A stretch of 64,000 bases of DNA from an uncultured Clostridia bacterium. Its GTDB lineage: Bacteria > Bacillota > Clostridia > TANB77 > CAG-508. The position numbers were made by a program, and so were the translations under genes. Location of the stretch: the NCBI GenBank assembly GCA_934122235.1, contig CAKOWE010000005.1, forward strand, positions 1,330-65,329. The letters are read 5' to 3'. Below the pieces are notes generated by a model that was not told the origin of the DNA, made no database searches, and saw only the letters and a program-made list of their open reading frames with translations. Below are positions 16,913 to 27,700 of the stretch, piece by piece (positions within the stretch are counted from its first letter, which is position 1; each line of letters starts with the position of its first letter).

Positions 16913-18034
16913 TTAATTATTTTTTTGTTGCTTTTTATTTATAATTGCAACCAGTAAGAATATTACTATTATAAATATACATTGTATTCCAAATGAAGAT
17001 AAAATAGAACTTACATTAAAATTGTTTGCACCAGAATTTATCATAGTATTCACATTTTCATACCAATATGTAGGCGTAAACATAGCTATTTTTTTCATTG
17101 TATTACTAAATATTTCTACAGGAACAAATAGTCCTCCTAAAAAAGCAAGTGCTAGTGATATTCCTGTACTAATTCCAGTTAATGCTTCCATATTTTTTAC
17201 AAGCATTCCATATATTAATCCTAATCCAATTCCCAATATAGCCATCAGTATTATATTTACAAAATTTAAAAGCCATATATCACCAAAAGAAATATTAAAC
17301 TGAATATTTAATATAAATATTGCAACTACTAATGCAAACAATATAGTTACACATGCACTTGCAAATATAACCTGCAATAAATAGTATTTGCTAGATACTG
17401 GACCACAAGTATATCTATCTTTTAGATTTTTTCTTCTTATTATCATAAAAAATGTTCCAATTATGTTAGGAATTCCATATATTACTGCATATGCAGCAAA
17501 ATTTATTGCACTTATTTTAGCTGATGTGTCATCTGTATTAATAGCACTACTTACTTCTAGTTTAATAAATTCATTATTGTCTAATTCAATATTATTCAAT
17601 TTAGAATTTAAAAAATTATTTATTTTTTCTTCTATAAAAACTTTAGAGTTTGAATTTTCTATAGATTTAATTACTATCTTATTTTTTGATTTGAACTTAC
17701 TTTCATTTGAGTTTTTATAATTATTAAAATTTTCAGAAAAACCTTCTGGTACTTCTATATATAAACTTACCCAAGACTTCATAAGTTCTTCTTCTATATC
17801 TTCATTTCCTGTATATTTCTTTACTTTTGTATGTTGCTCTATTTCATCTACTAGTTCCTTGCTTAATTCGGTGTTATCTTTATCCACAATATATACATAA
17901 GGCTTATATTGAGTAATATTTGAATTAATTGTTTCTACCATAACAAACGAAAACACTATAAGTATTATAAGAGGAAGTATAACATTTATTTTATGTGATT
18001 TTAGCACATTAAAAAATAGTTTAAAATAGCTCAT
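16913..18034 (-). CDS. ABC-2 type transporter permease
   Basis: 373 aa with an N-terminal TM segment, a large extracytoplasmic loop and a C-terminal 5-TM bundle. It overlaps the upstream permease by 14 nt. Confidence 0.7.
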   Translation of the reverse strand: MSYFKLFFNVLKSHKINVILPLIILIVFSFVMVETINSNITQYKPYVYIVDKDNTELSKELVDEIEQHTKVKKYTGNEDIEEELMKSWVSLYIEVPEGFSENFNNYKNSNESKFKSKNKIVIKSIENSNSKVFIEEKINNFLNSKLNNIELDNNEFIKLEVSSAINTDDTSAKISAINFAAYAVIYGIPNIIGTFFMIIRRKNLKDRYTCGPVSSKYYLLQVIFASACVTILFALVVAIFILNIQFNISFGDIWLLNFVNIILMAILGIGLGLIYGMLVKNMEALTGISTGISLALAFLGGLFVPVEIFSNTMKKIAMFTPTYWYENVNTMINSGANNFNVSSILSSFGIQCIFIIVIFLLVAIINKKQQKNN

Positions 18035-19181
18035 TTTTCTTCCTCCTTAGTGCTAATATTGAAATTATCAAATATACCAAACCAGATATCATGACCATTC
18101 CTAAGTTAAACCATACTACTTTTAAATCATCTTTATATGATAAATAATTAATGCTATCTGACAATAAAGCTGCTGGATTTATATAATATAAAAATGGTAC
18201 ATATTTTTTTATAGTTAATGACAAATTGCCTATCATTCCCCCTGAAAAGAAATAAAAAACCATTAAAACACAACTTAATATATTTCCTTGACTTTCTTCA
18301 CTTTTTTTATTCGTTAGCATTACTACCATTGATGACAACAATATAGATACTATTAATCCAACTACATATATAATAATTAAGTGTCCAAAATGTTTTGTTA
18401 ATCCTAAATCGATTTTTATAATAAATTGAATGTATATAGTTAAAGCTATAAGTGAAATAAATCCAACTGTAAATGTTGCAAGCACACCTGCTGTAAAAAT
18501 TTTAGATTTTTTTTCCTTTGCTAATTCAACTCTCATTCCTGTATACGACATACTTGCATTCATTGAACGTATAGAATATTGTACTATAAGTCCTGTAAAT
18601 AATATTGAATATATTATTGCAGGATATGTATATATGGCTGCAAAACTGGGAACATTTTCTTGTTTATATACTTTATCACCTGATTTTGTATAATTATCTT
18701 TTCGTATATTTTCTTGAACTTCTCCTGAATTATTTTTAATTATGGCACTATATACTTTATTAGCTGTATTTACAAAATTTTCTGCAAAATTTTGTATCAT
18801 TGAGTTGGCAAAACTGCTATATCCTGTTCTAGCAAACAAAGTATATGTATTATCTTTATTTGCTTCTATATAAAAATATCCATCTATTTCTTCTTTTTCG
18901 ATCCTGTTTTGAGATATTTCTATATTATCAGATATTTTGAAATCGCAATAGTTTTTCAACTCTTCTGAATTAAATGCTTTCTCAATTTGAGAATCTAATT
19001 CCTCATTATTTGTTTTTATAAATTCAATTTTTATTTTTTCTGAGAAACTTGTTACTAAATCATTATTTCCCATTGTCATTTTAAAAAGAGTAACTAATAT
19101 TATTGGAAAAAACAATATCCAAAAAATATTTAGTGGTTTCCTAGAAATTATTTTTAACCAGTCTTTATACATTCTTAACAT
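18021..19181 (-). CDS. ABC-2 type transporter permease
   Basis: 386 aa with the same architecture as its neighbour; downstream of the ATPase. Confidence 0.7.
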   Translation of the reverse strand: MLRMYKDWLKIISRKPLNIFWILFFPIILVTLFKMTMGNNDLVTSFSEKIKIEFIKTNNEELDSQIEKAFNSEELKNYCDFKISDNIEISQNRIEKEEIDGYFYIEANKDNTYTLFARTGYSSFANSMIQNFAENFVNTANKVYSAIIKNNSGEVQENIRKDNYTKSGDKVYKQENVPSFAAIYTYPAIIYSILFTGLIVQYSIRSMNASMSYTGMRVELAKEKKSKIFTAGVLATFTVGFISLIALTIYIQFIIKIDLGLTKHFGHLIIIYVVGLIVSILLSSMVVMLTNKKSEESQGNILSCVLMVFYFFSGGMIGNLSLTIKKYVPFLYYINPAALLSDSINYLSYKDDLKVVWFNLGMVMISGLVYLIISILALRRKKNELF

Positions 19182-19200
19182 TTATTTTGTCCCCCTACTA

Positions 19201-20142
19201 TTACATATTATCTCTTAATTGCTTTCCTGTTAATTCAAGAAATACTGTATTTAGTGTAGGAACTTCATTATATATTTTATCTATATTTATATCATTATCT
19301 TCAATAATTTGAAGTATTTTTAAAAGTACTCCTTTATTTGCCTTTTTATATGATATTTTTATGCAATTATTTTCTTTATTTAATTCTTTTATTCCATCAA
19401 CTTTTTTAATTTCTTCTATAACATGTTCTTCTATTCCATATGTACAAATAACTAATTTTTCAATATCTGTTATTTTATTTTTTAACTCTTCTGTTGTTCC
19501 TTCGGCAATTACTTTTCCAGAATCCATTATAGCTATTTTGTCACATATTTGTTCTATTTCTTCCATGTAATGAGAAGTATAAATTATTGTAGAACCTTGT
19601 TCTTTTAATTTTAATACTCCTTCTAATATGTTATTTCTCGACTGAGGATCTACTGCAACTGTTGGCTCATCCATAAAAACAATTTTAGGCTTATGTGCTA
19701 TGCCACAAGCAATATTTAATCTTCTAAGCAATCCTCCTGATAATTTTTTTGGTATAAACTTTTTATATTCTGTTAAACCAACAAACTCTATTGCTTCTTC
19801 TACTAATTTTTTTCTCTTATTCTTATCTTTTATATATAATCCACAAAAAAAGTCAACATTTTCATATACAGTTAATTCTTCGAAAACAGCTACATTTTGT
19901 GGAATTACTCCTATATTTGCTTTTAATTTCAAGTTATTACTATTCATTTCTTCGCCTAAAATTTTTATACTGCCTTCATCGCTTTTTAGCAATCCTAACA
20001 TACAATTTATTGTTGTGCTTTTTCCAGCTCCATTAGGTCCTAATAAGCCATATATAATTCCTTCTTCTATTTGTAAATCCAAATGATTAACAGCAGTTTT
20101 GCCTGCGTACTTTTTTACAAGATTTTTTACTTCTATAATCAT
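19201..20142 (-). CDS. ABC transporter ATP-binding protein
   Basis: Walker A GPNGAGKST, signature LSGGLLRR, Walker B VFMDEP. A GGAGG RBS precedes the ATG at 20142 (MIIEVKNL). Confidence 0.9.
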   Translation of the reverse strand: MIIEVKNLVKKYAGKTAVNHLDLQIEEGIIYGLLGPNGAGKSTTINCMLGLLKSDEGSIKILGEEMNSNNLKLKANIGVIPQNVAVFEELTVYENVDFFCGLYIKDKNKRKKLVEEAIEFVGLTEYKKFIPKKLSGGLLRRLNIACGIAHKPKIVFMDEPTVAVDPQSRNNILEGVLKLKEQGSTIIYTSHYMEEIEQICDKIAIMDSGKVIAEGTTEELKNKITDIEKLVICTYGIEEHVIEEIKKVDGIKELNKENNCIKISYKKANKGVLLKILQIIEDNDINIDKIYNEVPTLNTVFLELTGKQLRDNM

Positions 20143-20225
20143 TTCTATTTCCTCCAAATACACTATAACTCTAAGTGTAGTATACATATTATTCTATTTT
20201 GTGTCAAGATTACATAACTTACAAC

Positions 20226-20263
20226 AAAAAGCCTAATTACTACAATGAGTAATTAGGCTTTTT
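20226..20263 (-). terminator. Rho-independent terminator
   Basis: aaaaagcctaattac..gtaattaggcttttt. Confidence 0.7.
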
Positions 20264-20271
20264 AACACCGC

Positions 20272-21081
20272 TTATGCTAATATTTTATTATACACTGTTG
20301 TAATCAACAACAATAACAAATAGACAGCAACAATACTTGCACCTGTTGGAAAATTAAGTACAAAAGATATCATTATTCCAACAATAAAACAAACAACCGA
20401 TAATATCGCAGATAAAATAACCATTCCTTTAAAGCTATTAGTTAATTTTCTTGCTATAATTGCTGGAAATACAATAAGACTAGAAATCAGTAAAGTTCCC
20501 ATTAATCTCATTCCTAAAACTACTACTAAAGCTGTTGCTAATGAGATTAAGAATTGATAGAATGTTACATTAATTCCACATGTCTTTGCATATTTTTCAT
20601 CATAAGTAATAGAAAACAATCTATTGTAAAATAACATGTATACAATAATTAAAATTAGAGATAAAACAACACTTAAAATTACATCAGACCAATTCATAGC
20701 TAATATACTACCAAACATATAATTATAGACATCTACACTAAAACCTTTTGTTAGTGCTGTAATTATTACACCTATAGCTAAAGCACCACTTGAAACTAAT
20801 GCAATTGTTATGTCGCCACTTTCTCCTTTTCTTTGACTAATTAGCATTATTAAAAAAGCAGCAATAATAACTAATGGAATAGAAACATATAAAGGTGGCA
20901 AATTTAGTGCTATTGCTAAAGTTAATGAAGCAAATCCTACTTCTCCTAACCCATGTCCTATCATTGAATATTTTTTTAAAACAAGTATTACACCAATTAT
21001 CGCAGCACAAAAAGATATTGCTATTCCACAAATTAAAGCTCTTTGTACAAATGGATAATTTAATAAAGTTAACATATCCAT
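20272..21081 (-). CDS. Metal (Zn/Mn-type) ABC transporter permease (ABC-3 family)
   Basis: 269-aa polytopic protein, ZnuB/MntB-like, adjacent to the matching ATPase. Confidence 0.75.
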   Translation of the reverse strand: MDMLTLLNYPFVQRALICGIAISFCAAIIGVILVLKKYSMIGHGLGEVGFASLTLAIALNLPPLYVSIPLVIIAAFLIMLISQRKGESGDITIALVSSGALAIGVIITALTKGFSVDVYNYMFGSILAMNWSDVILSVVLSLILIIVYMLFYNRLFSITYDEKYAKTCGINVTFYQFLISLATALVVVLGMRLMGTLLISSLIVFPAIIARKLTNSFKGMVILSAILSVVCFIVGIMISFVLNFPTGASIVAVYLLLLLITTVYNKILA

Positions 21082-21082
21082 T

Positions 21083-21748
21083 TTAATTCATTCCTTTCCA
21101 TTTTTTTATATTACCGTCAAACTTAATTGCTCTTGCTAAAGCTATTACTCTTATATTATCGTTATCTAACTCATCTAAATCATGAGTAGCCATAATTATT
21201 GTCATTTTTTGTTTCTTATTTAATTCGTTTAACATTTCATATAATTCTTTTGTAATTTTAATGTCTAATCCACTAAATGGCTCATCTAAAATTATCATCT
21301 TTGGTTTTCTTATTAATGCTCTTGCAAGCATTATTCTTTGTCTCTGTCCTCCAGATAAATCTCCTATTTTTTTATTTACAAAATCTTTTATTTTTAATAA
21401 ATTTGAAATTTCCTCAAAGTTTTTATAATCTTCTTTTTTGTAAAAAGGCAACACTCTATGTTTTTGTACACCTGTCATTATAATTTCTTTTGCTGTTGCT
21501 GGGAAATCTAAATCTGTTAGATTGTTTTGAGCCAAATAAGATACATCTTCTAGTTTTTCGTTTAATATTATTTCTCCCTTATCTTTTTTGTGCAAACCTA
21601 CTATTGTTTTTATAAGCGTACTTTTTCCAGAACCATTTTCTCCAACTAAGCATACATATTCACCTTCATTTATTGAAAAATTAACATTTTCTAATGCTGT
21701 GTGTCCATTGTATGATGTGTACAAATTCTTAACTTCTAATATACTCAT
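21083..21748 (-). CDS. Metal ABC transporter ATP-binding protein (ZnuC-like)
   Basis: GENGSGKST, LSGGQRQR, ILDEP. The likely start is MSILEVKNL. Confidence 0.85.
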   Translation of the reverse strand: MSILEVKNLYTSYNGHTALENVNFSINEGEYVCLVGENGSGKSTLIKTIVGLHKKDKGEIILNEKLEDVSYLAQNNLTDLDFPATAKEIIMTGVQKHRVLPFYKKEDYKNFEEISNLLKIKDFVNKKIGDLSGGQRQRIMLARALIRKPKMIILDEPFSGLDIKITKELYEMLNELNKKQKMTIIMATHDLDELDNDNIRVIALARAIKFDGNIKKWKGMN

Positions 21749-21885
21749 TTTAATACCATTCCTTTTCCATAATATATTAGTATAAGTCAATTTTTCAAAT
21801 TAGTCAATGCTAATTTACATAAAATCATATATTGCCATACATAAATATTTGCTGAAGCAATCTTGTAATTTTTATAATTAAAGCA

Positions 21886-21923
21886 AAAAACAAGGTGCAT
21901 GTTATAATGTGCACCTTGTTTCA
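21886..21923 (-). terminator. Rho-independent terminator of adhE
   Basis: caaggtgca..tgcaccttg stem plus a T-run (minus sense). Confidence 0.7.
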
Positions 21924-21931
21924 TAATTTTA

Positions 21932-24544
21932 CTATTTTACTTCATTTCCATAATATGCATCAATTAGAATTTGCTTTATTTCGCTAACTAATGGTAATCT
22001 TGGATTTACTGTTGTACATTGATCCTCAAAAGCTCTATCTGATAATTCATCTACTTTTGATAAAAATTCTTTTTCGTCTATTCCACATTCTTTTATAGAT
22101 TTTGGCATTTCTAATTTTACCATTAATTCTTTTATTGCTTCTATTAGAGAATGTACTCCCTCTTGTGTATCTTTAGCTTTTAAACCTAACATCTTAGCTA
22201 ATTTAGCATATTTTTCATCAGCTATAAAATATTCATATTTTGGGAAAGATACAAATTTTGAAGGCTTTTTTGCATTATATGCTATTACATATGGAAGAAC
22301 TATTGCATTTGCTCTACCATGTGGTATATGGAATTCTCCACCCAATTTATGTGCTATAGAGTGATTTAATCCTAAAAATGCATTTGTAAATGCCATACCT
22401 GCAATACAACTTGCATTATGCATTTTTTCTCTTGCCAATTTATTATCTCCATGTTCATAGGCTTCTGGCAAATTTTCAAATACTAGTTGAACTGCCTTTT
22501 CTGATAATCCATCAGTATAATCAGATGCCATTACAGATACATAAGATTCTATAGCATGTGTTAATACGTCCATTCCAGTATCTGCAGTTAATCTTTTTGG
22601 TAATGTCATTACCAAATTAGGATCTATTATTGCCACATCTGGTGTTAATTCATAATCTGCTAATGGATATTTTATGTTTTTCTTTTTATCTGTTATAACA
22701 GCAAAAGACGTAACCTCTGAACCAGTTCCTGATGTAGTTGGTATCGCTACCATTTGTGCTTTTTGTCCTAACTTAGGAAATTTATATGTTCTTTTTCTAA
22801 TATCCATAAACTTTAATTTTAATCCTTCTGGGTCAGCATCAGGTTGTTCATAGAATAACCACATTCCTTTGGCAGCATCTATTGCACTACCACCACCTAA
22901 AGCAATAATTACATCCGGCTTGAATGCATTCATAGCTATAACTCCAGCATTTATAGTATCAAAAGATGGATCTGGCTCAACTGCTGAAAAAATTTCTGAA
23001 TGAACATATTGTCTTCTTTTTCTTAATTGTTCTAATATTTTATCTACATATCCAAATTTAACCATAGATTCATCTGTTACTATAAAAGCTCTTGTAATGT
23101 CAGGCATCTTTTGCAAATATTCTATTGAACCAGCTTCAAAATATATTTTCTTTGGCACTTTAAACCATTGCATATTAACTCTCCTCCTTGCAACTCTTTT
23201 AATATTTATTAAGTTAACTGAAGATACGTTTGCAGTTGTAGAATTTTTACCAAATGTACCACAACCTAATGTTAATGATGGCATATTTGTATTATAAATG
23301 TCACCAATTGCACCATGAGTTGATGGAGAATTTACAATTATTCTTCCAGCTTTTATTCTTTCTGAAAATTTTTCTATAGTTTCTCTATTTTCTGAATGAA
23401 TTACAGCAGAATGTCCTAGTCCACCAAACTCTATTAATTTTTCTGCTAACGCAATTCCTTCATCATCATTTTCTGAAATATAATATGCAAGAACTGGACT
23501 TAATTTTTCTTTAGATAATGGAAATTCAACTCCTACTCCTGTTTGTTTTACGACTATTACTTTTACATCTTCTGGAATTGATATTCCTGCTCTAGCTGCA
23601 ATATCAACAGGTCTTTGACCAACAATATCTGCATTCAACGCACAGCCTTTTTCTTTTATAAACATACTTTTTTCTAATTTTATCGTTTCATCTTTATCTA
23701 AAAAATAGCATCCTGCTTCTTTCATTAATTTTTCAAATTCTTTACTAATTGATTTATCTACAATAACAGCTTGCTCTGAAGCACAAATCATTCCATTGTC
23801 GAATGATTTTGATAAAACTAAATCATTTACAGATGTTTTTAATTTTGCTGTTTTATCTATATAACATGGCACATTACCAGGTCCTACGCCTAACGCTGGT
23901 TTTCCACAAGAATAAGCTGATTTTACCATTCCTGGTCCACCAGTTGCTAGTATAAGATCTACTCCAGGATGATTCATAAGTAATTGAGTTGCTAACACAG
24001 ATGGTTTCTCTATCCATAATATACAGTCTTCTGGTGCTCCAGCTTTTATTGCTGCATCTCTAACTATAGTTGCAGCCGCAACACTACATTTCTGTGCAGA
24101 TGGATGGAATCCAAATATAATTACATTTCTAGTTTTTGCAGATATTATTGATTTAAACATTGTTGTTGAGGTTGGATTTGTAACAGGTGTAACTCCCGCA
24201 ATTACTCCAACAGGTTCTGCAACTTGCATATAATCTTCAGAATCATTTTCACTAATTATGCCTACAGTTTTATCATATTTTATATTGTGATATACATACT
24301 CTGTTGCAAACATATTTTTTATTATTTTGTCTTCATATATACCTCTTTTAGTTTCTTCTACTGCCATTTTCGCAAGTTTCATATGATTGTCTAATCCAGC
24401 CATAGCCATAGCTTTTACTATATTGTCTACTTGTTCTTGATCTAATTTAAGATATTTTTCTGATGCAATTTTTGCTCTTGCAACTAAATCGTCAACCATC
24501 TTCTTTATTTTTTCTTGTTCCTCTTGACTTAAATCTTGTGCCAT
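21932..24544 (-). CDS. adhE: Bifunctional acetaldehyde-CoA/alcohol dehydrogenase
   Basis: 870 aa with an N-terminal ALDH domain and a C-terminal iron-ADH domain (..GGGSAIDAAK..). Confidence 0.95.
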   Translation of the reverse strand: MAQDLSQEEQEKIKKMVDDLVARAKIASEKYLKLDQEQVDNIVKAMAMAGLDNHMKLAKMAVEETKRGIYEDKIIKNMFATEYVYHNIKYDKTVGIISENDSEDYMQVAEPVGVIAGVTPVTNPTSTTMFKSIISAKTRNVIIFGFHPSAQKCSVAAATIVRDAAIKAGAPEDCILWIEKPSVLATQLLMNHPGVDLILATGGPGMVKSAYSCGKPALGVGPGNVPCYIDKTAKLKTSVNDLVLSKSFDNGMICASEQAVIVDKSISKEFEKLMKEAGCYFLDKDETIKLEKSMFIKEKGCALNADIVGQRPVDIAARAGISIPEDVKVIVVKQTGVGVEFPLSKEKLSPVLAYYISENDDEGIALAEKLIEFGGLGHSAVIHSENRETIEKFSERIKAGRIIVNSPSTHGAIGDIYNTNMPSLTLGCGTFGKNSTTANVSSVNLINIKRVARRRVNMQWFKVPKKIYFEAGSIEYLQKMPDITRAFIVTDESMVKFGYVDKILEQLRKRRQYVHSEIFSAVEPDPSFDTINAGVIAMNAFKPDVIIALGGGSAIDAAKGMWLFYEQPDADPEGLKLKFMDIRKRTYKFPKLGQKAQMVAIPTTSGTGSEVTSFAVITDKKKNIKYPLADYELTPDVAIIDPNLVMTLPKRLTADTGMDVLTHAIESYVSVMASDYTDGLSEKAVQLVFENLPEAYEHGDNKLAREKMHNASCIAGMAFTNAFLGLNHSIAHKLGGEFHIPHGRANAIVLPYVIAYNAKKPSKFVSFPKYEYFIADEKYAKLAKMLGLKAKDTQEGVHSLIEAIKELMVKLEMPKSIKECGIDEKEFLSKVDELSDRAFEDQCTTVNPRLPLVSEIKQILIDAYYGNEVK

Positions 24545-24650
24545 TATAATTCCTCCTTTGCATTATTCATATTTTAACCAATATTATTATATATTATAGA
24601 TTATTTTTGTCAAGAACAAAAAGTGCATGAAAAAAATCAAATACAAAAAA

Positions 24651-24690
24651 ACGTAACTAAGTATATTTATACAATCATACTTAATTACGT
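24651..24690 (-). terminator. Rho-independent terminator
   Basis: 14-bp stem acgtaactaagtat/atacttaattacgt (1 mismatch), flanked by A/T runs. Confidence 0.6.
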
Positions 24691-24714
24691 TTTTATATTA
24701 CTTATTATACATTA

Positions 24715-27700
24715 TTATGACAATTTATTTAATCCTACACTAAATTGCTTTAGTTGTACTATATCTGTTATAGTTACTTTTCCGTCACCATTTATATCCA
24801 TAGCCATTTCTTGTATTTCCGTTGGTTTTTGTAAATTTACACTACATAATTGGATTTGTACAAAATCTGTTATACTCATTCTTCCGTCACCGTTCATATC
24901 GCCTTTTACAATTATTGTATACTCTTGTGATCCGACTTTTAATTTCATACCTGTTCCAATTTTTTCATTGTCTTTTACAATGTTGCCATTTTCATCATAA
25001 ATCTGGTATTCAGTATTAGAAGATATAGAATCCTTAAATTCTTCTAGCTTTGTTCCTGGGTTAATGTTAAATATGAAATTAATTGTAATTTCGTATTTTA
25101 TAGTTTGTATATTTGAATTAGATTTACTATCTATTACTTTTACTACACAAGTATCTTTTGATCTTCCATCTTTTGTTGATACTATTATTGTAGCTCTTCC
25201 TATACTATTAGCTGTAACTACACCTTTTTCGTTAACTGAAACTACTTTTTCATCAGTACTAGACCACACCAATTCTTCAGTATTTGGTTCAACAATTGCA
25301 CTTAACTGAGTAATTTCATCTAATTCTAGTACTAACCAATCTTTGCTTATAGTTATTTTTGCTTCATTGTCTGTTACATTTATAATGCAAGTATCTTGCA
25401 ATGTTCCATTCTGGGCTGTTACAGTAATTATAGCTGTTCCTGAACTTTTAGCCGTTAATAATCCATTTTGATCTATAGCAACAACCTTGTCGTTATTACT
25501 ATACCATTTCACGTTCTTATTAGTTGCATTTTCTGGTAATACAGTAGCTGTTAGTTGATATGTATTTCCTACTTTTAAATCTAAATTCTTTTTATTAAGA
25601 CTTACGTTTGTTGCTACTATGTCATTATCTTTAACAGTCACTGTACATGTAGCTGTTTTATTTCCATCTACTGTTTGCACTGTTATTACTGCTGTTCCGC
25701 TTGATTTTGCTACTATTGTTCCTGTTGGTGATACTGTTGCTACATTTGAATTACTTGATGTCCATTTTACTTCTTTGTTTGTTGCATTACTTGGATTTAC
25801 TATAGCTGTTAACTGATATGTATCTCCTATTTGTACGTTTAGTTTATTTGTATTTAATGTAACGCTTGTTACTGATATGTTTTTATTTTCAATTGTTACT
25901 GTACATGTAGCTGTTTTATTTCCATCTACTGTTTGCACTGTTATTACTGCTGTTCCACTTGATTTTGCTACTATTGTTCCTGTTGATGATACTGCTGCTA
26001 CATTTGAATTACTTGATGTCCATTTTACTTCTTTGTTTGTTGCATTACTTGGATATACTGTAGCTGTTAATTGGTATGTATCTCCAGCTTGTAAGTTTAA
26101 TTTATTTGTATTTAAAGTAACATTTGTTACTGATATGTTTTTATCTGTAACTTTTACAATACATCTATCAGTTCTGTTTCCATCTACAGTTTTTACTGTT
26201 ATTGTTGCTGTTCCGTTTTTTCTTGCAATAATCTTTCCTGTTGATGATACTGTTGCTATACTTGAATTACTTGATGTCCATTTTAATTCTTTGTTTGTTG
26301 CATTATTTGGATATACTGTAGCTGTTAATTGATATGTATCTCCAATTTGTAAGTTCATTTCATTGGTATCTAATATTACTTCTTTTACTGAAATACTATT
26401 ATCTGTAACAATTACTCTACATATATCATATGCTGACCCATCTTTAGAACTTACCATTATTCTAGCAGTTCCTTCTTTTCTTGCTGTTATTCTTCCTGTT
26501 GATGATACTGTTGCTATACTTGAATTATTTGTTGTCCATTCTAAATCTTTGTTTGTTGCATTACTTGGCCAAACAGTTGCATTTAATTGATATGTTTCTC
26601 CAATTTCTAAATATAATTCATCTTTACTTAATTCTATTTCTTTTATTGGTATTTCTTCTTTTTTTACTGTTACTACACAAGTATCTATTTTGCCTCCATC
26701 ATTTGTTGCTACAACCACTCTAGCGGTACCTTCTCCTCTAGCTGTTATCTTTCCTATTGATGATACTGTTACAACATTTGAATTACTTGATGTCCATTTT
26801 ACATTTTTGTTCGTTGCATTTGTTGGATATACTGTTTCTATCAACTGATATGTTTCACCAATATCTAAAGTCAAACTCGTTTTATTTAATGTAACATCTG
26901 TTACTCTGACATTTTCATCTTTAACAATAACACTACATGTAGCAATTTTATTTCCATCTTCTGTTTTTGCTGTTATTATTGTCGTTCCTTCTGATAACGC
27001 TGTCATCTTTCCTGTTGATGATATTGACATTACTCTTGAATTACTTGATGACCAAGTAACTTTCTTATTTGTTGCATTACTTGGTGTTATTGTTACTTCT
27101 AAAGGTTCAAGCACTTGACCTACTGTCGTTGTAAATCCTAATGGAGATATTTCAATACTTTTTACTGGTACTTTATTATCTTTTACATTTACTGTACATA
27201 TAGCTTTTTTGTTTCCATCAACTGTTTGAGCTGTTATCATCGCAGTTCCTTCTGATAGTGCTGTCATTTTTCCTGTTGATGATATTGACATTACACTAGG
27301 GTTACTTGATGACCATTTTATACTTTTGTTTGTTGCATTACTTGGCGTTATTGTTACTTCTAAAGGTTCAAGCACTTGACCTACTGTTGTTGTAAATCCT
27401 AATGGAGATATTTCAATACTCTTTACTGGTACTTTATTATCTTTTACATTTACTGTACATATAGCTTTTTTGTTTCCATCAACTGTTTGAGCTGTTATCA
27501 TCGCAGTTCCTTCTGATAGTGCTGTCATTTTTCCTGTTGATGATATTGACATTACACTAGGGTTACTTGATGACCATTTTATACTTTTGTTTGTTGCATT
27601 ACTTGGCGTTATTGTTACTTCTAAAGGTTCAAGCACTTGACCTACTGTTGTTGTAAATTCTAATGGAGATAATTCAATATTTTGAACAGGAATTATATTG

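Noticed and set aside
25600-27650. Highly periodic repeats, considered as a possible CRISPR array or satellite.
   Set aside because: The period is about 261 bp and the repeats are entirely in-frame coding sequence for Big_2 domains. There is no short repeat-spacer structure and there are no cas genes.
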